Assembly (NCBI RefSeq): GCF_000186885.1
Contig: NC_014972.1
Location: 3,240,001-3,272,000 of the forward strand
DNA length: 32,000 nucleotides
Direction of reading: 5' to 3'
Source of the DNA: Desulfobulbus propionicus DSM 2032
GTDB lineage: Bacteria > Desulfobacterota > Desulfobulbia > Desulfobulbales > Desulfobulbaceae
Positions 27,645 through 32,000 of the stretch are shown here, piece by piece. The notes beneath the pieces are model-generated. The model had not been told where the DNA came from and ran no database searches. It was given only the letters and a program-made list of their open reading frames with translations. Positions within the stretch are counted from its first letter, which is position 1. Each line of letters begins with the position of its first letter. The translations under genes and the position numbers were made by a program.

Positions 27645-29108
27645 TCAAGCGGATGTGCCCAGCCCGCCGAAACAGAGGTACTTCAGCTCCAGATATTCCT
27701 CAAGGCCGTACTTTGACCCTTCCCGTCCGATGCCCGATTCCTTGATGCCGCCGAACGGCGCCGCCTCCGATGACGTCCGGCCGGTATTGATCCCCACCAT
27801 GCCGTACTCGAGCGCCTCGGCGGTCCGCCAAATTCGTCCGATATCGCGACTGTAGAAGTAAGCGGCCAGTCCGTAGGGCGTGTTGTTGGCCAAGGCCACG
27901 GCCTCCTGATCGTCTTTGAAGGAAAAGAGCGGCGCCACCGGACCGAAGGTCTCGTCACTGGCAATCAGCATCTCGGGACTGGCGTCAAGCAGCACCGTGG
28001 GTTCGAAGAAAAATCCGGCCGTTCCCAACCGTTTGCCACCGCAGGCAATCCGCGCCCCCTTGGCCACGGCATCGTCAATCTGCGCCTCGACCTTGCGCAC
28101 CGCGTCCAGATCGATCAGCGGCCCCTGCTGCACCCCTTCCTCGAACCCATTGCCCACCCTGAGCTGCTGGACGGCCTCGACCAGTTTGGCGGCAAACCGT
28201 GCATACACCTTTTCCTGAACAATGAAGCGGTTGGCACACACACAGGTTTGCCCGGAGTTGCGATATTTCGAAGCCATGGCTCCCCGGACCGCCTCGTCGA
28301 GGTCAGCGTCGTCGAAAACGATGAACGGGGCATGTCCTCCCAATTCCAGAGAAACCCGCTTGACCGTGGCGGCGCAGTCGCGCATGAGGATCTTGCCCAC
28401 TTGGGTCGAACCGGTGAAGCTGAGCTTGCGGACCAGGGGGTTGGCGGTCATCTCGGCGCCGATCACCGCCGCCGGACCGGTCACCACATTGAACACCCCG
28501 GGCGGCATGCCGGCCTCCTCGGCCAATCGGGCCAGGGCCAGAGCGGAAAAGGGGGTGCTGCTCGACGGCTTGACCACCACCGGACAGCCGGCGGCCAAGG
28601 CGGGCGCTGCCTTGCGGGTGACCATCGAGGAAGGAAAATTCCAGGGGGTGATGGCGGCACAGACGCCCACCGGCTCCTTGAGCACCACGATCCGTTTGCC
28701 CTGCTGGCCGATGGGAATGGTGTCGCCGTACACCCGCTTGGCCTCTTCCGCGTACCATTCGACATAACTGGCGCCGTGAAGCACCTCCTCCCTGGCCTCA
28801 GCCAGCGGCTTGCCCTGTTCCATGGTCATGATCACCGCCAGGTCGCGATGGTGTTCGACCAGCAGATCGAACCATCGCCGCAGCAGCCGCGACCGATCCT
28901 TGGCGGTCAAGGCTCGCCAACCCGGCCAGGCGCGATGGGCGGCCTCGATGACGGCCGCGGTTTCCCTGTTGTCTAGGGCTGGCACCGAACCGATGGCCCG
29001 GCCGCTGGCCGGATCAACCACCTCTATCCGTTTGCCGGCGACGCTGTCTATCCATCGACCACCAGCAAAGCATTGGGAGCGCAACAGCTCTTGATGACGT
29101 ACTTTCAT
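27645..29108 (-). CDS. gabD: NAD(P)-dependent aldehyde dehydrogenase, succinate-semialdehyde dehydrogenase-like
   Basis: 'ITPWNFPSSMVTRKAAPALAAGCPVVVKPSSSTPFSALALARLAEEAG', 'LSFTGSTQVGKIL', 'ELGGHAPFIVFDDADLDEAV', 'NSGQTCVCANR' and 'FGGIKESGIGREGSKYGLEEYLELKYL'. ATG 29108 is preceded by AGAGGGGG. Confidence 0.88.
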   Translation of the reverse strand: MKVRHQELLRSQCFAGGRWIDSVAGKRIEVVDPASGRAIGSVPALDNRETAAVIEAAHRAWPGWRALTAKDRSRLLRRWFDLLVEHHRDLAVIMTMEQGKPLAEAREEVLHGASYVEWYAEEAKRVYGDTIPIGQQGKRIVVLKEPVGVCAAITPWNFPSSMVTRKAAPALAAGCPVVVKPSSSTPFSALALARLAEEAGMPPGVFNVVTGPAAVIGAEMTANPLVRKLSFTGSTQVGKILMRDCAATVKRVSLELGGHAPFIVFDDADLDEAVRGAMASKYRNSGQTCVCANRFIVQEKVYARFAAKLVEAVQQLRVGNGFEEGVQQGPLIDLDAVRKVEAQIDDAVAKGARIACGGKRLGTAGFFFEPTVLLDASPEMLIASDETFGPVAPLFSFKDDQEAVALANNTPYGLAAYFYSRDIGRIWRTAEALEYGMVGINTGRTSSEAAPFGGIKESGIGREGSKYGLEEYLELKYLCFGGLGTSA

Positions 29109-29130
29109 TGCCCCCTCTTCACGGGTCATC

Positions 29131-29174
29131 AAAAAGAAAGCAGGCAGCATGCCGAAAATGAAGCTGCTGCCTGC
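29131..29174 (-). terminator. Terminator-like hairpin with T-rich tail immediately 5' of the gabD-like gene
   Basis: Minus strand: GCAGGCAGCA-15nt-TGCTGCCTGC followed by TTTCTTTTT; 10-bp perfect stem. Confidence 0.6.
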
Positions 29175-29300
29175 AGGTGGGTTACTTTTATCTTCAGGAT
29201 CACTCCAGGTGTGCTACTATGCCTTGAAGGATGCCATCATACACCGGGACGTGTCTTTTTTCATCCCGATAACAGCCGCACGACAAAAGAGCAGGCCTAG

Positions 29301-29765
29301 ATGAACATTGAGCAGCGCCGATCCCCCCGCCTTGTCGATTACCTCCCTCTTGAAGTGCATGTCGTCCACAAACGGGACGGCCACGTCATTGCCGGCCCGT
29401 TCTCGGGAAGAATCATCGACCTGTCGATCCATGGCGCGTGCCTGCTGATGAGCCAAGTCATGCACGAACGTTTTCACCTCTTCTACTCGACCCGCGAGAC
29501 GGATGAGAGGTTGTTGCACCTGACCATCGATCATCCACCCGAGCTGCAGCATTGCACCCTTGCTGCCCAACCGGTCTGGATGGCGCTCTTTCGACAGCAG
29601 CAAATACGCGCCTTTAAGATAGGGGTCGAATTCACGGGGAATCCGGAAAAGCAGCACATGCGGGAAATTCAGGAAGCGTTGCGAAAAAATCGGCCAGAGA
29701 GAAGCAACAAATGGATTGAATTGTGCAGTTATTTCGCGGGCCGCAGAGAGCGGGACTGCCGCTGA
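29301..29765 (+). CDS. PilZ domain protein
   Basis: N-terminal 'EQRRSPR' and 'GRIIDLSIHGACLLM' (RxxxR...D/NxSxxG), 'KIGVEFTG'. Confidence 0.8.
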   Translation: MNIEQRRSPRLVDYLPLEVHVVHKRDGHVIAGPFSGRIIDLSIHGACLLMSQVMHERFHLFYSTRETDERLLHLTIDHPPELQHCTLAAQPVWMALFRQQQIRAFKIGVEFTGNPEKQHMREIQEALRKNRPERSNKWIELCSYFAGRRERDCR

Positions 29766-29767
29766 AC

Positions 29768-31324
29768 TCATCGTGTTTGTTCTTTTTCGCCAAGAAGCGT
29801 AAAGACCGGAATGGCTTTTTCAACTCCCCGCAGGTGCATCTCGCCCAATTCCTTGAGCTCGAAATGATCGGCGATCGCTTGGCGCACCGCCTCGGTGATA
29901 TAAATCCGGCCCGATGAGGACTCGGCGGACAGGCGCTGGGCAATATTGACCTCATTGCCGACCACCGTGTAATCGAGCCGCTTGGTGGAGCCGATATTGC
30001 CCAGAAAAATCGTGCCGCAGGTTACGGCGATCCCCAAATCCACCAAGGCAAATTCAGCGCTGCGCCGCATCCATTGCTCCCGCAGCTCCGCAAACCGTCT
30101 CCTGACCGCCCATGCAGCATGCGCTGCCGCCAAGTTTGGCCGCTCCAGCTTGATCGGTGCGCCGAACACCGCCAGGACCGCATCCCCCATGAACTTATCG
30201 ACCGTCCCCTGCCAGTGAAACACTTCCTCGGTGAAAAATTGAAAGAATTCGTTGAGGAACACGCGGAGTTCCCGCAGATCGATGCGCTGGACCAAACGGG
30301 TAAAATTGCGGATATCGGCAAAAAGGACGGTCACCTCGGTGATTTCGCCCAACGCCATCAAATCGGTATTGCCGCCTTTCAGCAGCAGCTCAGCCACCTC
30401 GGGGGCCACATACTGTTCGAACAGGGTGCGCATGCGGATAGTTGCGGCCAACTGCTGCCGTGCCCGCAAATTTTCCAGGGCATTGGCCGCCTGGCTGCAA
30501 ATGATCCCGAGCAGTTCGGTATCCGCCTCGGAAAAACGTTCATCGGTCAATTTTTGACTGATGTTGAGCACCCCGATCACCCGTTCGCGAATGCGGAGCG
30601 GAAAAGAAACAGCGGAAACGATATCTGGCTGGCGGAGCAGCGCCGAAAAGATGGAGGCATGCTGATCCTCCTTGTTAAGAATGACCGACTTGCCCTGCTG
30701 AAAAACCCAACCGGCGATCTGGGCCCCGGGCTTGAGCCGGATGGATCGGGCCAGGACCGGATCCATGCCCCGGGAAGCGGCAATATGAAGACTCCCTTCC
30801 TGGAGGTCATAAAGCATTACCGAAATATGACTGGCGCCTGTCTGCTGTTCCACCGCGGTCACCAAGCCATCGAGGATTTCCTGCTCACTGGTCGCCGCAA
30901 GAAATTGCTCGCCGAGGCTGTAGAGGGGAATCAGGGTGCGTAACCGGATGTTTTCCTGTTGCAACCGGTGGCGTTCCAGAACCAGCTCGACGGCCCGTGT
31001 CAGATGCACCGGATTGCCAGGCCATTCCACCAATCCGGAAAGGCCCACCTCCAACACGCCCCGCGGCAATTCCGGACGGAGCGAAGCGGACAGCAACACC
31101 CCGGCCACGCCCGGCTGGGCAGCATTGAGAGCGGCAAAGACCTGGCAGCCGTCCATGGCGAGGGCATCCTCGACAATCAGCACCACGGCAACTGCTTGGC
31201 GGGCACAGATGTGGATTGCCGCCGATACGTCGCGGCAGCGAATCATCTTTATGTGCGACAATATCGCCATTACCTCCCCGGCCTGCGCATCGTCGGCGGC
31301 AAGGAGGACCACAGGAGTTTTCAT
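29768..31324 (-). CDS. Class III adenylate/guanylate cyclase with degenerate receiver-like and GAF domains
   Basis: GAF region 'EQQTGASHISVMLYD...GWVFQQGKSVILNKEDQ...SFPLRIRERVIGVLNISQK' and cyclase core 'EVTVLFADIRNFTRLVQ...DKFMGDAVLAVFGAP...NIGSTKRLDYTVVGNEVNIAQRLS'. Confidence 0.92.
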   Translation of the reverse strand: MKTPVVLLAADDAQAGEVMAILSHIKMIRCRDVSAAIHICARQAVAVVLIVEDALAMDGCQVFAALNAAQPGVAGVLLSASLRPELPRGVLEVGLSGLVEWPGNPVHLTRAVELVLERHRLQQENIRLRTLIPLYSLGEQFLAATSEQEILDGLVTAVEQQTGASHISVMLYDLQEGSLHIAASRGMDPVLARSIRLKPGAQIAGWVFQQGKSVILNKEDQHASIFSALLRQPDIVSAVSFPLRIRERVIGVLNISQKLTDERFSEADTELLGIICSQAANALENLRARQQLAATIRMRTLFEQYVAPEVAELLLKGGNTDLMALGEITEVTVLFADIRNFTRLVQRIDLRELRVFLNEFFQFFTEEVFHWQGTVDKFMGDAVLAVFGAPIKLERPNLAAAHAAWAVRRRFAELREQWMRRSAEFALVDLGIAVTCGTIFLGNIGSTKRLDYTVVGNEVNIAQRLSAESSSGRIYITEAVRQAIADHFELKELGEMHLRGVEKAIPVFTLLGEKEQTR

Positions 31325-31464
31325 TGATGGGCTCGCTGGAATTCCATACTTTTCAAAGCGATGTTACCATCGACCAGGAGGCAAGGCAAGCAATAGCGCC
31401 AAAAGAAGCCCCTTGCCGGGTTGGTCCCGCTGTTCATTTCCTTCCACCTGAGGTATACTCGGCC

Positions 31465-32000
31465 ATGCTTGCACAACTACCCCACAGTCCGCTCGCCGAG
31501 CGGATGCGCCCCACCCGCCTGGAAGATTTTGTCGGCCAGCGCCATCTGGTTGGCGAGGGCAAATTCCTCAACCAGCTGATCGACAGCGGCCGAATTCCCT
31601 CGCTGGTCCTCTGGGGGCCGCCCGGATCGGGCAAGACCACCTTGGCCACCATCCTTGCCCACGCCGTCTCTGCCCATTTCGTCTTTTTCTCCGCAGTACT
31701 CTCGGGGGTCAAGGAGATACGGCAGATCGTCGATCAGGCCAAGTCTGTCCATGAACAGGACGGCAGGCCGACCATTCTCTTTGTCGACGAAATCCACCGC
31801 TTCAACAAGAGCCAGCAGGACGCCTTTCTGCCCCACGTGGAAAGTGGCCTGCTGACCCTGATCGGAGCGACAACGGAAAATCCGTCGTTCCAGATCACCG
31901 CTCCCCTGCTCTCCCGCTGCCAGGTCCTGCTCCTCGCTCCACTCGACCGCAACGATCTCAAACAGGTCATGCGGCGCGCCCTCATCGATACCTCGGTCGG
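31465..32000 (+). CDS. rarA: Replication-associated recombination protein A (RarA/MgsA AAA ATPase), truncated at window end
   Basis: Translating from ATG 31465 gives '[65 protein letters not shown]...[50 protein letters not shown]'. It is missing from the ORF track because it runs off the window. Confidence 0.95.
   Translation, partial: MLAQLPHSPLAERMRPTRLEDFVGQRHLVGEGKFLNQLIDSGRIPSLVLWGPPGSGKTTLATILAHAVSAHFVFFSAVLSGVKEIRQIVDQAKSVHEQDGRPTILFVDEIHRFNKSQQDAFLPHVESGLLTLIGATTENPSFQITAPLLSRCQVLLLAPLDRNDLKQVMRRALIDTSV

Noticed and set aside
28248-30943. Plus-strand ORFs of 242 and 289 aa opposite the aldehyde dehydrogenase and the cyclase
   Set aside because: Antisense to genes with clear catalytic motifs.
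31454-31465. TATACT just before the rarA ATG as a leaderless promoter
   Set aside because: The -10-like hexamer has no convincing -35 at 16-18 bp spacing.
1-32000. CRISPR array, tRNA/rRNA, transposase, phage or toxin-antitoxin/defence cassette
   Set aside because: I looked for periodic direct repeats, tRNA-like sequences and hallmark protein motifs, and found none supportable by eye.

Overview
This 32 kb window looks like an ordinary chromosomal segment of a GC-rich, anaerobic, deltaproteobacterial-type genome. That lineage guess is inferred from gene content and was not tested. In order it carries: a truncated hybrid-kinase receiver pair, a YihY/BrkB membrane protein, a large ParB-like protein with an unusual N-terminal half, a MoeA-like molybdopterin-binding protein, a Trm112-like protein, ppsA, phosphoglucomutase, nifU-nifS, thyX, an orphan GspE/PilB-type ATPase with a C-terminal cyclic-nucleotide-binding domain, LPS genes (GT2, GT9 heptosyltransferase-like, O-antigen ligase, MsbA), peptidase U32, an atypical sensor kinase, pyrR-purN-IMP cyclohydrolase, an S4 RNA-binding protein, folE2, a gabD-like dehydrogenase, a PilZ protein, a GAF/adenylate cyclase and the start of rarA. 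I saw no CRISPR array, phage, transposon or obvious defence island. The best leads are the ParB-like protein with a degenerate N-formylglutamate-amidohydrolase-like N-terminus, the PilB-cNMP fusion, paired divergent promoters that each carry their own inverted repeat (ppsA/pgm), and a terminator-like hairpin in the presumed leader of the gabD-like gene. All domain calls were made by eye from protein motifs.
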